Positions 42,848 through 55,697 of a stretch of 64,000 nucleotides of DNA are shown here, piece by piece. Positions within the stretch are counted from its first letter, which is position 1; each line of letters opens with the position of its first letter. This DNA comes from Eledone cirrhosa (lineage: Eukaryota), in the NCBI GenBank assembly GCA_964016885.1, contig OZ024741.1:161448001-161512000 (forward strand), read 5' to 3'. The position numbers and the translations under genes are program-made. The notes beneath the pieces were generated by a model that saw only the letters and a program-made list of their open reading frames with translations, was not told the origin of the DNA and did no database searches.

Positions 42848-43248
42848 AGAAGGCGCATGGTTGTGACTTCAATTCTCAGACCGGGTGATGTGTTGTTTCC
42901 TTGAGCAAGACACTTTATTTCACATTGCTCCAGTTTACTCAGCTGTAGAAATGAGATGATAGGACTGGGGTTCCTATCATCCACTGCAAAGTGGTCATGG
43001 AGGTGCCACAACAAAAAAGCACCCAGCACTCACTGTAAAGTGGACGTGTAGGCGCCACGGAAAAAAAGCTCCCAGCACTAACTGTAAATGAGGTTGGTGT
43101 TAGGAAGGGCATCCAGCTGTAGAAATCAAGCCAGAATCAGTTCCCATATGAGCAAGACAAGGTCAGCCGACTGGACACTGCCCACAGCAAGACAACCCGT
43201 CTAACCCATGATAGCGTGGAAGAACGGGCGTAAAACGGTGATGATGAT
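42848..43248 (+). mobile_element. SINE family A variant
   Basis: Head with an internal deletion, CORE-like domain, duplicated middle block and RTE-type tail. Confidence 0.85.
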
Positions 43249-43249
43249 G

Positions 43250-43660
43250 TGTGTGTGGACTGAAAGTTTCTGCCATTTTTTCAAAAGAGGGTATTTTAAT
43301 ATCTATCGAAATTGTTTATTTGTAGCTGTTTACTTTATGACTTCAAATCTGGCCTAAGTACATTTGGGTCACAAGCCATTCTTGCATGCAGTGCCAGGGA
43401 TAGGTTTGCATGCTTTTATTCTGATGATTACAGCCTTGAAGAATGACAGGACGTCCATCCAACTTCAATGACAAGCAACTGTGTGAGATGGTGGAAGCCG
43501 ACCCATGCCAGACATTGCATCAACTGTCTGAACTGCTTGGGGCATTGAAAACAACCATCAGAAATCACTTACATGCAATAAGGAAGGTGTCCAAGCTGGA
43601 CCAATGGGTGCTCCACAATCTAACTAACTATAATCATGATGTACGTCCAAAGCTACGTTG
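43250..43660 (+). pseudogene. Mariner transposase relic, N-terminal HTH part
   Basis: GRPS.F.D..L...VEADP.QT..LSE.LG...TTI.NHLH.I.KVSKL.QWVLHNLT (WVPH-like). Confidence 0.8.
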
Positions 43661-43684
43661 CTGCAGCTTCCTTAAATCGCAACT

Positions 43685-45295
43685 CAGTACAACATGAAAA
43701 CTTCAGCCTACGTGATGATGGGCAGATATGGAAGTTTATTAAGGCTGGTGAAACATTGAAAAGAGATACCAACTGGTCTTAGCTCACTGTACCCACAATA
43801 ACTGGCAATGAAAAAACTGCGGGAAACTAAATCAGAACAACTTGCCATCCCCTAAACATCATCAAAAACTGAAATCAAAGTACAAATTGTTGTCCTTAAA
43901 TGCTTGTAGTTTATGCAACAAGATACATTTTTTTTATCCTTACATCAAAAGTATTGACCTCGATTTCATTATACTCACGGAAACATGGGCACATTCCTTA
44001 CTCTGTGGGGGGTTTCAGCATAGCTGGCTACAACTTGTTTTGTGAAGTCCGCATTAATTGTGGTGGTGGTGGTGTGATGATCTACGTTCATTCAAACTTT
44101 TCAGCAATTCCTTGCGTTGATTTGAACCACTCACAACAAGAAGTATTTTTCTGTGATATATACATATGATCATGTCATCACCTCTACTTGGAGTTGTTTA
44201 CTGCCCCCAAATTACCATCAAGACACACAGCTTTATGACATCCTCAGAGCTGCTGCCAGGAAAACAGCCACTTATGTTTTTATTGCAGGGGTCTTCAATC
44301 AGCCTGAGATTGATTGGCAAACCTTTCATTGTCCGCAAAGTGCAAATGATTTCCTTGAGCTAGTGCTGGACTCAAACTGGTCCCAAGCAGTCACTTCCCC
44401 AACAAGAGGTGACAACACTTTGGATCTATTCTTTACCACTACGACTGAAACAGTTATTACTGTCACTACTGAGGAACCTTTAGGTGACTCTGATCATGCT
44501 ATGATCATTGCCAATCTATCTCTTATGGCCAGTAACAAAAACCACAACCATCTCCAAACTGCTCACTTTGACTGGAATAAAGCAGACTGGAACTGTTATT
44601 GTACCGAGCTACAACGCCCAAACTGGCTTGAATTTTACGATTCTGGAGATGTGAACATCCTGAACTCAATATGGACAGCATGTGCAGCATCAGTTCCACG
44701 TAAGCACAAAATACATCCAAAAAGTGCAATTTGGGGGACTGCAGCAGTCCAGGAAAGAACGTCATAATGCTGAATGGGAATACAAACTGCATAAATCAGA
44801 TATCAATAGAAAAAAGCGCAATAAATCATCCAACCATCTCAAGCAGGTGGTAAAAAAGGCAGTGCTTGAATTTGAACAGTGCATAGCAACCAACCCCAAC
44901 AGTAAGGTGTTCTGGAAATATATACATTCAAAGCAGAGACCTCACTCTCCAGTTGGTCCTCTTCACAATCCCGTCACAAGCCAGATTACTGACGATCCCA
45001 AAGAATGCGCAGAACTCATTGCTTAATGCTATGCAGACATTTTTACTGAAGAAAACCAAAACGTACTATCTCCACCACCTCTGCAATCAAATTATATAAC
45101 AACTATGGAATTTACACCTGCAATGCTGCAACATTACCTTAAGAATAAGTGCAACTATGCCTCTCCTAGTCTTGATGGTGTTATGTACCTGCTTCTCAAA
45201 CATGGTAGGTACTTTCTTCTGCACCAGCTTTCACTTCTGTCTTAACAACGGTGCTACTCCTGAGCACTGTACACAATAATTCCATTATTTTTCAT
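43685..45295 (+). pseudogene. CR1/L2-type LINE fragment (AP endonuclease and linker) inserted in the mariner
   Basis: LNACSL.NK, ILTETW, GGGGVMIYV, GVFNQP.IDW, PTRGDNTLDLFFT, LGDSDH, NSKVFWKYI. Confidence 0.85.
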
Positions 45296-45299
45296 TATA

Positions 45300-45611
45300 T
45301 GAATGTTGTGTGGCAGCTGTGACTTCTCTTATCTCCTACCAACACACAACCAATTGGTTACATCCATTGTCACTGGTGATGAAAAATAGTGTCTCAACAT
45401 TAATGTCAAGTGCAAGCAATCATGGGCTGATAAAGAGAGTGTGTCACAATAGCAAGCAAAGGCTGACCTCCACCCTTACAAGACCCTATTGAGTGTCTGG
45501 TGGTACTGGAAAGGTGTCATCTACTACAAGCTATTCCCACCAAATGCCAGTATAACCTCTGACATCTATTGCCAAAAACTTGACAGATTAACAGCGAAAA
45601 TCAAATAGGTG
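45300..45611 (+). pseudogene. Mariner transposase relic, catalytic N-terminal part
   Basis: SIVTGDEK, LHP.K.LLSVWW..KGVIYYKL....ITSDIYCQ.LDRL. Confidence 0.8.
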
Positions 45612-47677
45612 TGTAGTGACCTACATTCTGAGGGCTCATGGATACATTCTCCGTGCATTGTTTGGCTCAGTTCAGCCAATCGCCGCCAGCATAGGAGAAT
45701 GTATCTCGACTTCCGCCCAGAGGGAAAAATTCCCGCGGCGATTCGAAACTCTCTCTTGCTGCTTTGGACTCTGAAAGGTCAACACGCAATTATGTAACGG
45801 TGAGATTTTTACTTTGTCGGCCTCCTTTGGCCCAGCACAGTGCTTTTTCTTTACTCCTTAAAACTCTTAATTTTGTTTGTTCCTTTCTTTGACTTGTCAA
45901 CCCAGCTTAACTTTTGTGGTCAGTTGTAAATAAAGCTTGTAAAATATTATAAAGTCTCATAATATTATTTTCTACAAAGCCTACAATGAACTACAACTAC
46001 TACAACAAACATTCACTTTATGGCTTACTTTGCTTCTGTCTCACTTAAACGTTACATTTCTCACTATAACAAATAACAACAATAACATATATTCTTTCTT
46101 ATTAATATTATGCCATGTAGGCATAATATTATTTTTCTGCTAAAATGGTGACCCCGACGGAGGAATATTTAAGTACAAAATATTCCTTTAAAATAAAAAA
46201 AATTAGTAGTATTTCAAAAAATTTCAACACAAGAAAAATATTTTCAAAATGGCTATCACCAAGTACTCCTCTACTCACAGCCTTTCTCACCACACTATGG
46301 CATCACACGTGACTTTCATATTGGTGACTCTAAGCTCTTCAACGCTCGACTTTGATTTACTGTGACTTCGCTTCGATAACAGCAACAACAACAACAACAA
46401 CAACTCTACTAGCTTTCTAGTAAGAGTGATAACATTCTTATACCAAAAAAATTTCAAGGAAAAGAAAAAGTGAACTTTTTGTTAAAAAACAATTATTTCT
46501 TTCTTTTTTTACAGGCAATGTTTGGACATTTATTTTTTGTTAAACTGTATTATATGGAAATTCATTTTTTTCTCTCTATCATTGTATATATGACTGCACG
46601 CACACATTTTCTTTGCTGTATTACATGCCTGCATATGCACACACATTTCTTTGACACACACCAACATGTTGTTGTCTATAGTATATGATCTTCAAGTGTC
46701 ATAATATTCTGCGAGATCCCTTTTCACCTGGTGGAGGTACCAAAACATGCTATCGACACATGCAGCTTAATTCACATGGACTCAAACAGGCACCGCAACA
46801 CGAGAATGCTAATTGCAGCTGGATTCAAACAGCTTCGCATCTCGTTGCACACTCATCGTCCTATAGCATAACAACCTCTATCTTGTTACTTTACCCGACT
46901 CACTGGGAAAACAACAAATGAAAGTGGACCTGTCAGCATTTCCACCATTTCTCCTATGGATTCGCCAGAATTATGGAATTACCGCTTCAACTACTACCCA
47001 CCTACAGATTCAACTTGCCTTTTTTCTTTTCAAAGCAACTAGCCATTTTTTCCTGGCTGCCTAGCACTTCCGGCAATTCATCTGGGAGGCCGACAATTTC
47101 TCGCCTACAAATCATCTTCTTGCCACCTCTACTACAATGTTTACCATAACAGCTCCAGCTACACAGCTCTGGTATAACATTTACCATAACAGCTCTGGTA
47201 TAACACTTACCATAACAGCTATACAGCTCTGATAAAGCATGCACAACACCATCATTGACAACAGCTACTATTAAAATACCATAACAGCTTCATCCACAGC
47301 TCTGGTACAACACTTACCATAACAGCTAACATTTAATGCAAGAACAGCAACTTTTCCCATGTCAGACCTTATACGTTTTCTGTTAGACCCCGAGTGGTCA
47401 CACATAAATAGCAAAACAGCTAGTCATTTGACACAGCAGCTCAACACGGCTCTTAACGCCTCATTTTTCTTCTTCAATTTTTTCATTGATGTGCTCTTTC
47501 AGCATTTTTCCTGCTGATTCAATCTTATATATCGTCTTGCAGACTAGATAGGGGGTATGGTAGTGACCTACATTCCGAGGACTCATGGATACATTCTCCG
47601 TGCGCTGTTTGGCTCAGTTCAGCCAATCACCACCAGCGTAGGAGAATGTATCTCGACTTCAGCCCAGAGGGAAAAAT
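45612..47677 (+). mobile_element. Non-autonomous Gypsy-like LTR element: 5' LTR ~45612-46144, PBS at 46146, gag relic, PPT, partial 3' LTR 47558-47677
   Basis: TGTAGTGACC start repeated at 47558 after AGATAGGGGG; PBS TGGTGACCCCGAC; FPPF..DSPELW gag-like remnant at ~46940; ~25-bp tandem repeats at 47140-47330. Confidence 0.8.
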
Positions 47678-48156
47678 GTCGAGTAAACCCGGCTGCTATT
47701 TTTAGTGGTGTGAGTTTGTGAGACATGCTAAGTTCAGATACCATGTGCATTGTTATATATACGCGCACTATTCAGTTTTTTAATATACTTAGAAGTGACC
47801 AGGATGCTAATAATTCTTCACCCGCTGATGAGCAAGAATTGGTATTCCTCTTCACAATTTATATTGCAAAACAGTATTATCAAAGCTGTCCGGGTGATTG
47901 GTAGTTACCACAATTCCAGTTTGTATTTACTTTCTTGATTTATTCTTAAATTGAGTCTGGCAAACCCTATTGTCTATAGTTAGTATTCTTTTCACCTTAG
48001 CAAATCTGGTCCCTTGCAATTTGAACACATATATGTACATGTCTGTGTTCGTTTTTCTTTTTTGTTCAGTTATATTATACGGCTCGGAAAAATCTCTTTC
48101 CTAGAGCTAATTTATTGTAAGAGACTATTTTGAGTTTCTAACTCAATATATACCTT

Positions 48157-48206
<50 letters not shown>

Positions 48207-48209
48207 AAG

Positions 48210-48277
<68 letters not shown>

Positions 48278-48739
48278 AAGAGGTATATATATATATCAAA
48301 AACAGTGAAAAAACAGTGAAAAAAAACAAACTGAGCAATGTGCGAGCAACTTAAGGTAAGAAAATCCAAGACCACACGATAAGAGAACTTTATATATATC
48401 ATCATCATCATCGTTTAACAACTATCTTCCACACTAGCATGGGTTATATATATATGTATATATATATATATAATCTATTCAAGATCACTTCCACCCCTCC
48501 TAAATCCTAACTAAAACACTCAATCCAGAGTCACTACCCACCCATCCTACCATATTACTCTAGATCTCCCCAAACCCTAACACACCAGTCTTAGCCCCCT
48601 AGTAGCTGTTATGACCACTGTTCCTCACATGCTACCAAAGGTTTCCTCTCTTATCCATTACCCCTCACCCTGTTAAATCTCTTCACACTTGGTACTTGCC
48701 CATGACATACACCCTCACCTCCATTTGTAGAGTAGTGAA

Positions 48740-49246
48740 GGCTCTTCAGTTGTGCCAATGAGAACAATCTCTATAATGTTTGTGCCATGATAAATGCTCC
48801 AAGTATATCCTGTAAGGTGGTTGGCGATAGAAAGGGTATCATGCTATAGAAACGATGCCAAAAGGGTTGAAAGGACTCTTTAGTTGTGTCAGGGGCAAGA
48901 TAATTTCTTTAGTGTTGATGATTTACATGATAAACGCACCCAGTACACACTGTTAAGTGGTTGCTGTTAGGAAGGGCATCCAATCATAAAAAACTTGCTA
49001 AACAAATTGTTGAGAACACTCTTCGACTGTAGCGTAGATATAACAACCTCCCTAGTGTTGATGATTTATATGATAAGCTCTCACCTTATACACTCTGTAA
49101 AGTGGTTGGTGATAGGAAGGGCATCCAGCCATAGAAAACCTGCCAAACAAAAAGTTGGGAAGACACTTCAGATGTGACTACTGACAGGTCTATGGTGACA
49201 ACTTGCTAGCAGGGAAAATGAATGTTAATTGATGATGATGATGATG
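48740..49246 (+). mobile_element. Degenerate SINE/RTE-UTR-like sequence with a triplicated GGTTGG..TAGGAAGGGCATC block
   Basis: Three ~140-bp units followed by an RTE-type tail and (GAT)n. Confidence 0.6.
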
Positions 49247-49364
49247 ACAATAGTATATATATATAAGTGTGAATGTGTCTATATTTGAGTATGTCCCATA
49301 ACTTAGCAGTTTGACAAAAAAAGGATTGATAAAATAAGCACCTTACTTAAAAAATAAGAATTGG

Positions 49365-49545
49365 GATCAAAGTACAAATTGTTGTCCTTAAATGCTTGTA
49401 GTTTATGCAACAAGATACATCTTTTTGATTCTTACATCAAAAGTATCGACCTCGATTTCATTATACTCATGGAAACATGGGGATATTCCTTACTCTGTGA
49501 TGGGGTTTTCAGCATAGCTGGATACAACTTGTTTCGCAAAGTCCA
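49365..49545 (+). pseudogene. Second copy of the CR1/L2 endonuclease start (43874-44050)
   Basis: Near-identical DNA; SKYKLLSLNACSLCNKI...ETW. Confidence 0.85.
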
Positions 49546-49694
49546 CACTCAAATGACTGAAAGCAGTAAAAGAATGTGGTGCTCCAGCATGGTCACACAC
49601 AAATGACTGAAAGCAGTAAAAAAAAATTGAAAAGTTTTGCCATTGTAAAAAAATCTAACATTTGATTCTATAAATAACAGCTGACTGAGAAAAT

Positions 49695-49947
49695 TTAACT
49701 CTTTTAATACAAAACCACCCCAGCTTCTATAATACAAAACTGTTTACTTGTAAAGTAGGTTTCTTTAATCTAAAAGCCTTCCATCATAATTTTAAGTAAG
49801 AATATTTAAGTTATGTTCCAAACACCAATTTAATAATAAACAAGTTAGATATATTACTAAACCCCTTCAAATTCATGATTATTTTCAAAATATTTTGACA
49901 ATCACAAGCAGTGTCTTTTTTTAGAAATATGGTAGCAAAATGGTTAA
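49695..49947 (+). mobile_element. piggyBac-type MITE (~250 bp)
   Basis: TTAA|CTCTTTT...AAAATGG|TTAA; the sister end at ~51050 reads GTAGCAAAAGGG-TTA. Confidence 0.65.
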
Positions 49948-50269
49948 CTGTATTTCTTGCTTTTTCGTTTTTATTTCAATTCTGTATTTGCGCATAACCC
50001 ATATTCCCTATCTTTATGTTGGACACGTTTTCGTTATCAATGAAAAATAGTATTTTGTTTTTCTCATGTTTCCATAATTAATTTTCAAAATGTGCCTAAC
50101 AATTACCCCTAATTTTAAGAGTCCTCTCCATTTTTGGGTGTGTAATAAATACATCCTGTTTACATTAAATTAATGTTGCAGTATTCTTAAGCTTGTCTGT
50201 GTTTATTTGTTTTGCCACTGTCTCTGTTTCTTAGCTCACTTAATCAGCTTATCACATACAAACATGGAC

Positions 50270-51250
50270 CGTGTAGTGGCAGAATTGTTAGAATGTTGAA
50301 TAGAATATTTTGAGATATTCATTTCAGCTCTCTGTGCTCCGAGCTCAAACCTCACTGAGGTCAACGTTGTTTTTATCTTTTCAAGGTTGATAAATAAAGA
50401 ACCAGTCAATTACTGTGAGTCAATTCTTCCTCTATCTGTAATTCACTGCCAAGGGAGGCAGGGGTACTGCCTTCTTACTTTAGAATGATGCACTCTCAGA
50501 TTTAGAAGAATAAAAAACTACAATGCTATGCTTATCCCAGACTCCATCTTTCAATTATTGTGAATTTTCAGAATGTTCCTATTCAGAATGTTCTGAAGGA
50601 CCTCTCCCCAATCATCCAACACCAACCTGGTGACAAGCCTACTCTGATTTGAACTTAGAGTTCAGAGAGCTGGAACAAATACAGAGGTGTTTAATTTAAT
50701 GCTCTAACAACTGTGTCTATTTGCTCCCTCTGTCTAATAGCTAAACCATTACTTCCCAATATTTCCTATACTACTGTAGTATAGATGGCAAAGTGGCAGA
50801 GACATTAGAATGTTGAATAGAATGCTTTATTGTATTTTTTCTGGCTCTCAGTTCTCTAAGTTTAAATCCTGCCTAAGTCTTTGCCTTTCATTCTTTTAAA
50901 GTCAATAAAGTATCCGTCAGTCATATCTCTTCTGCCTTCTTCTTCTGGTGGTGGTGGCCACATTAACGATATGATTAAATCCCTTCAAACTCTTGATAAT
51001 TAAAAATAAATGATTTGGTAATCATAGACAATGTCTTTCATTATAAATACAGTAGCAAAAGGGTTACATATATTTTCTTTCTGTACAAACAATAAAAGAA
51101 AATAATTTCTCTTCTTTATGAGGGGTTGATTTGGCAGACCCGTTAGAGCATTGGATATTTGTTCCAAGTCTCTATCCTTTGAGTTCTTATTCCACCAAAG
51201 TCTATTTTGTTGTTCATACCTTCAGAGTCAATAAAGAAAGTACAAGGTCA
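50270..51250 (+). mobile_element. Cluster of three degenerate SINE-B copies (~50270, ~50785, ~51125) and a MITE end
   Basis: Recurrent TGGCAGA..GTTAGA..., GAGTTC.AAT..., TTCAT..TT...GTCAATAAA. Confidence 0.55.
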
Positions 51251-51497
51251 GTGTTGTTGTAACCCTCCCTTTCCTTCCAGCTGTCACATCTTAGCTAAGT
51301 GAACTTTAGTAGAAGGAAACTGCAGAAGCTTCTTGTATATATAGAGACGGCGGAGCATTGTAACAACATGCTGCTTCGTTCATCTCTGGATCAAAAACAT
51401 AAACACAGACTTTTTTTCTTTTTCTTCTCTGTTTTTTCTTTTATTGTTTCCTTAAAGTTTACCATAATTCCGTTGGTATACATCTATTACGCAATTT

Positions 51498-51555
51498 ACA
51501 CCTGAAGATATCACCGGGTTCTTACACAACCTGGCCACTGAAATGTGCATAGTGT
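51498..51555 (+). ncRNA. Minimal type-I hammerhead ribozyme
   Basis: ACAC-CTGAAGA-[..CCGGGTT CTTACAC AACCTGG..]-GAAA-TGTGCA-TA-GTGT, followed by AAATAAA and (TA)n. Confidence 0.8.
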
Positions 51556-51609
51556 TTGCAGAAATAAATAATTAAGGAAATCCAACATATTTGGCCTCCT
51601 GTCATTTCA

Positions 51610-51649
<40 letters not shown>

Positions 51650-52439
51650 AAGCTAGTGACCATTTAGATGAGCTATAGGCCTGAATCTCACCCATATACA
51701 TTCCTGCATTCTACCAAGTGCATTTTATTTTGGCATGAGCACTAACAATGTTGTCATGTCTTTAACACAACTGAAGACCCCTTTCAACCCTTTGTTTGCC
51801 AGGTTACTATGGCTGGATGCACTTCCTATCACCAACCACTTTACATTGTGATTGGGTGTGTTTATCATATAAATAACCAACACTAGAGAGGTTGTCATGC
51901 CATTAACAGAACTAAAAAGTCCTCCCCACCCTTTTGGTATGTTTTCTATTGCAGGATGCCCTTCTTATCATCAACCACCTTTACAGGGTGTACTGCATGC
52001 ATTTTTTGTGGCACCAGCACTAGCAAGGTTGTCAATCATTCCCTCTAATGTAGAACCTTATCTGCCCTACAGGTTGGCAGGGGTGGGGCAATAAGAGTTG
52101 TTATAGTATGGATGGTGAGATTTGACAAGGTGATAAGTGGGTTGCAATAGTGTGGAGGGGTAATGTGATGTTAACAACTACTAAGGCTTTATGACTGGTG
52201 CGTTGTGATTTTAGAGGATGGGATGTAGTGATTAGAGAATAGCTTCAAAGGCATGAAGTGAGTATGTACTGTAATGATGAGAAATAGCTAATAGTGATCA
52301 TGGATGGAGAGGGAGTGTACAGTGATGGCTAAGTGGAGAGTGTGTACATGGATGGGTCAAATCACATTTAATGTTGGTAGGCATGGTGTCTTCTTCAGTA
52401 CAGCTTGTCACCAGGTTTTGCAATCCATTCTCATTTTAT

Positions 52440-52780
52440 TTGTGGGGTTCAACTTTTTCTAGTCAGTTTTCACCCCATCCCATGTCTTTCCAAGTCTGCC
52501 TCTTCCACAAGATTTCTCTGCACTTCTTTATACAATTGTCATTTTCTATATGTATCACATGTCCATACCAACACAGTCTTCTCTCTTGCACACTATATCT
52601 ATTTCCTCTTATGCAAAGTTTTTCTTTCAGTTCACTTAAGCTACGCCATTCATGCGCACTAACATGCTTGCCTCATTTCTTTCTAGCCTTCACAGGTCTT
52701 CTGCAGTCAAGGCCCATGTCTCACTGCCATGTAGCATTGTAGCTCACATGTAGGCATCATAAAGTTTACTCATCACTCAG
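52440..52780 (-). pseudogene. Old RTE LINE C-terminal relic
   Basis: Minus strand [21 protein letters not shown]. Confidence 0.75.
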
Positions 52781-52905
52781 AGTCTGTCTTATGTAACTGT
52801 TTTTCAATGTGTTTTCTGCTGATACTATATTTATATATACACACTTTCTGTTGATAGACTACTGTGATATATACATGACTTTAACTATTTCCTCTTTATA
52901 TTTCT

Positions 52906-52979
<74 letters not shown>

Positions 52980-53382
52980 GCAAATAAAAATTGTATGAGT
53001 ATGTAGGCGTTCTTTGATTTCTTTTACATATATATATATATATATCTTTCCCTCTCTTCCAGACTCATTCTCTCATCTTCTTTTCTTCCCCTCTTCCACC
53101 CATCTCTTTTTCTTTCATCTCTTAGAATTAGTAGGTAGCAAACATTTTTGTTAGTCTCCACCAACAAACCACCTTCCTTTGATGAAAGTTTAAAATGTTT
53201 CCATTTTCCCAGTGTTAACTTGTTTCGTATTTTACAATGGTGTTTGTATTAGTTCAGTCCTACTTCTGCTGTCTATTTATTTCTAGTAATATTTTTATGC
53301 ATTGATCTCTGTTTTTTGTCAAAAGACATTCATGAATTTCTGATACATTCTTTATTATGATATCATCTCACATGCATCTTAC

Positions 53383-53475
53383 CAACTGAGTGGTTCTCTA
53401 GTTGGAGGTGCCAACAGGCATTACAAGTGCAATACCACTTGTACGGAATGTACGGAATTGCATGCCAGCAGGTGG
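53383..53475 (-). other. Candidate 93-bp internal exon (phase 1-1), Cys/Trp-rich peptide
   Basis: TCTTTATCTTGTCAG|...GTTG|GTAAGA; single open frame TCWHAIPYIPYKWYCTCNACWHLQLENHSV. Confidence 0.25.
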
Positions 53476-53640
53476 CTGACAAGATAAAGATACAGTTTAT
53501 CACATGTTTATGGAATGTTCAGCCACTCAGTCTAATTCATGAGTAGGCAGTTCTATTGATTGAATCAGCTGGAGCCCCTTTGTTGGAAATGATGGAGGTC
53601 CAACACATACATACACACATATATGTATATATATATATAT

Positions 53641-53972
53641 GGAGGCACATGGCTTAGTGGTTAGAGCATTGGCCTTGCAATAGAAAGGTTGTGAGTTCAA
53701 TTCTCAGACCGGGTGATATGTTGTTTCCTTGAGCAAGACACTTTATTTCACATTGTTCAAGTTTACTCAGCTGTAGAAATGAGATGATAAGGACTGGAGT
53801 CCCTATCATTCCACTGCAAAGTAGTCGTGGAGGTGCCATGGCAAAAAAGCACCCAGCACTCACTGTAAATGAGGTTGGTGTTAGGAAGGGCATCCAGCTG
53901 TAGAAATCAAGCCAGAATCAGTTCCCATCCCACCCTTGCAAGCAGGGAAAAGCGAACATAAAATGATGATGA
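53641..53972 (+). mobile_element. SINE family A, full length
   Basis: A and B boxes, CORE-like domain, RTE-type tail and (GAT)n; within (TA)n. Confidence 0.9.
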
Positions 53973-54076
53973 TATATATATATATATATATATATATAGT
54001 AAAAAATTGAACGGGAACAAAACAGAGAGGCAGTACGAACAAAGGTTTATTAGTTTCACGCTCTTGAGAGTGGGGT

Positions 54077-54125
<49 letters not shown>

Positions 54126-54559
54126 ATATGTATTTATTTACACATATATACACACATACACACACATACATACACACACACATATATATAGACAGACAGA
54201 TAGGCAGACAGACTGACATATGTGAAACATTGAAACAGTACTTACAAAGCTATATTACTTGATATTGTTTGCAATTTTCCAACAAAAGAGTATTTGTCAT
54301 TGTCAGACACACATCCTTTGTTAAGAAGTATTCAAATAGAAAACAGATACAAAGCTGGATATAAATATGTAGATACATGAGCGTCAAACACATACTTCCC
54401 GATCAGTCTGTATGTCTGTATGTTCAATGTCACCACTAGATCCTTATCCATATCATCATTCTCATTTTAATTCTTGCTTCTTTGTCTGTTTACTCCTATT
54501 GTTTACATTTTCTGTGTCTTTATAATGTTTTTAAATAATCTTTATTATTATTATTATTA

Positions 54560-54735
54560 GCTTAACAGCATAGAGTTATGGCTCTTTATCTTCTCAGTTC
54601 AAATCCTGCCATGGTTAACTTTGTCTTTCATCCTTACAGGGTCAATAAAATAAAATACTAGTCATGCACTGGGATTGATTTAATCAACTTTCCCCTCCCC
54701 TAAAATTGCTGGCCTTGTGCCAAAATTAGAAACCA
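54560..54735 (+). mobile_element. SINE family B
   Basis: AGTTCAAATCC...TTTCATCCTTACAGGGTCAATAAAATAAAATAC...GGCCTTGTGCCAAAATTAGAAACC, then (ATT)n. Confidence 0.75.
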
Positions 54736-55129
54736 TTATTATTATTATTATCAATATTATTATCATTGTTATTATTATTAATTTTGTTGTTGAATCTCTC
54801 AAGATATGATACACATTAGTGGAGAAGGTTTGTGTTTTTAAAACATTTTTGTCTAAACATTATATATTGTTTTGTGGCTAAACCACAATCTTCTTCAAGA
54901 GTTGGTTGGTTTTCCCCTACTTAGAACCCTCAAGGGCTAAATTTGTATTTCTTATGTACGTTAGGCCTTAGTAAGTTACATACACATACATCTTTGTGTA
55001 AATACTTAATCAGATACAGAGAATTCAACACACAATTCGGACACTGGTTTACACACACACACACACACTCACATACACACACACAAATTTACATATAATT
55101 ATTTATATCTATATCTACATATATAGAAT

Positions 55130-55683
55130 ATTGGAACTTCCATCATCCTTTTGAGAAACATGGACCTGCTACTTCTATGCAATGGCACACACTTTACAGC
55201 CAGGAGGATGATGAACCATCTCCTTGAGCTCACTATTCTTGGAGGCAATCATCAAGGAAAAAATGTATTTATCCCAAGATTCTTCTTATCCCTTCCTCTA
55301 CTGAGCTGCCATTCAAATTCTCAAGACTTCAGTTCCCTGTTAGAGCCAGTTTTGCTATGACCATACATAAAGCCCAGGCTTAGAGTTTCAAAGTTGTAGA
55401 ATTGAATACAAGAGAATCGTTTTTTTACTCATGGACAGTTATATGTAGGTTGTTCACGAGTGGAAACACCTAGAAATCTTCATATACTATGCATGAATGG
55501 TAAAACGAAGAATATGATGTATCTGGAAAATTTTTTTACTGTTTATTTTTTTGTAACACACACACACATACCACAGTCTCGCCTCATACTAAAACCAGGC
55601 AAACATCCAATACAGTCATTTTCTCTTCTACCTGTCTTATCTTATCATCTGTTTACCCAGGCGAAGCTGGGTACATTAGCTAA
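55130..55683 (+). mobile_element. Helitron 3' fragment (Pif1-like helicase C-terminus + terminal hairpin)
   Basis: LLRN.D...LCNGT, VFIPR, LPFKFSRLQFPV..SFAMTIHKAQ, FTHGQLYVGCSRV; hairpin TACCCAG-GCGAAG-CTGGGTA then CTAA|T (CTRR end). Confidence 0.9.
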
Positions 55684-55697
55684 TATATATACATATA

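Noticed and set aside
47140-47330. CRISPR-like ~25-bp repeats
   Set aside because: No unique spacers and no cas genes; a minisatellite inside a eukaryotic LTR element.
47824-47860. CTGATGA as a hammerhead core
   Set aside because: No GAAA or closing stems follow.
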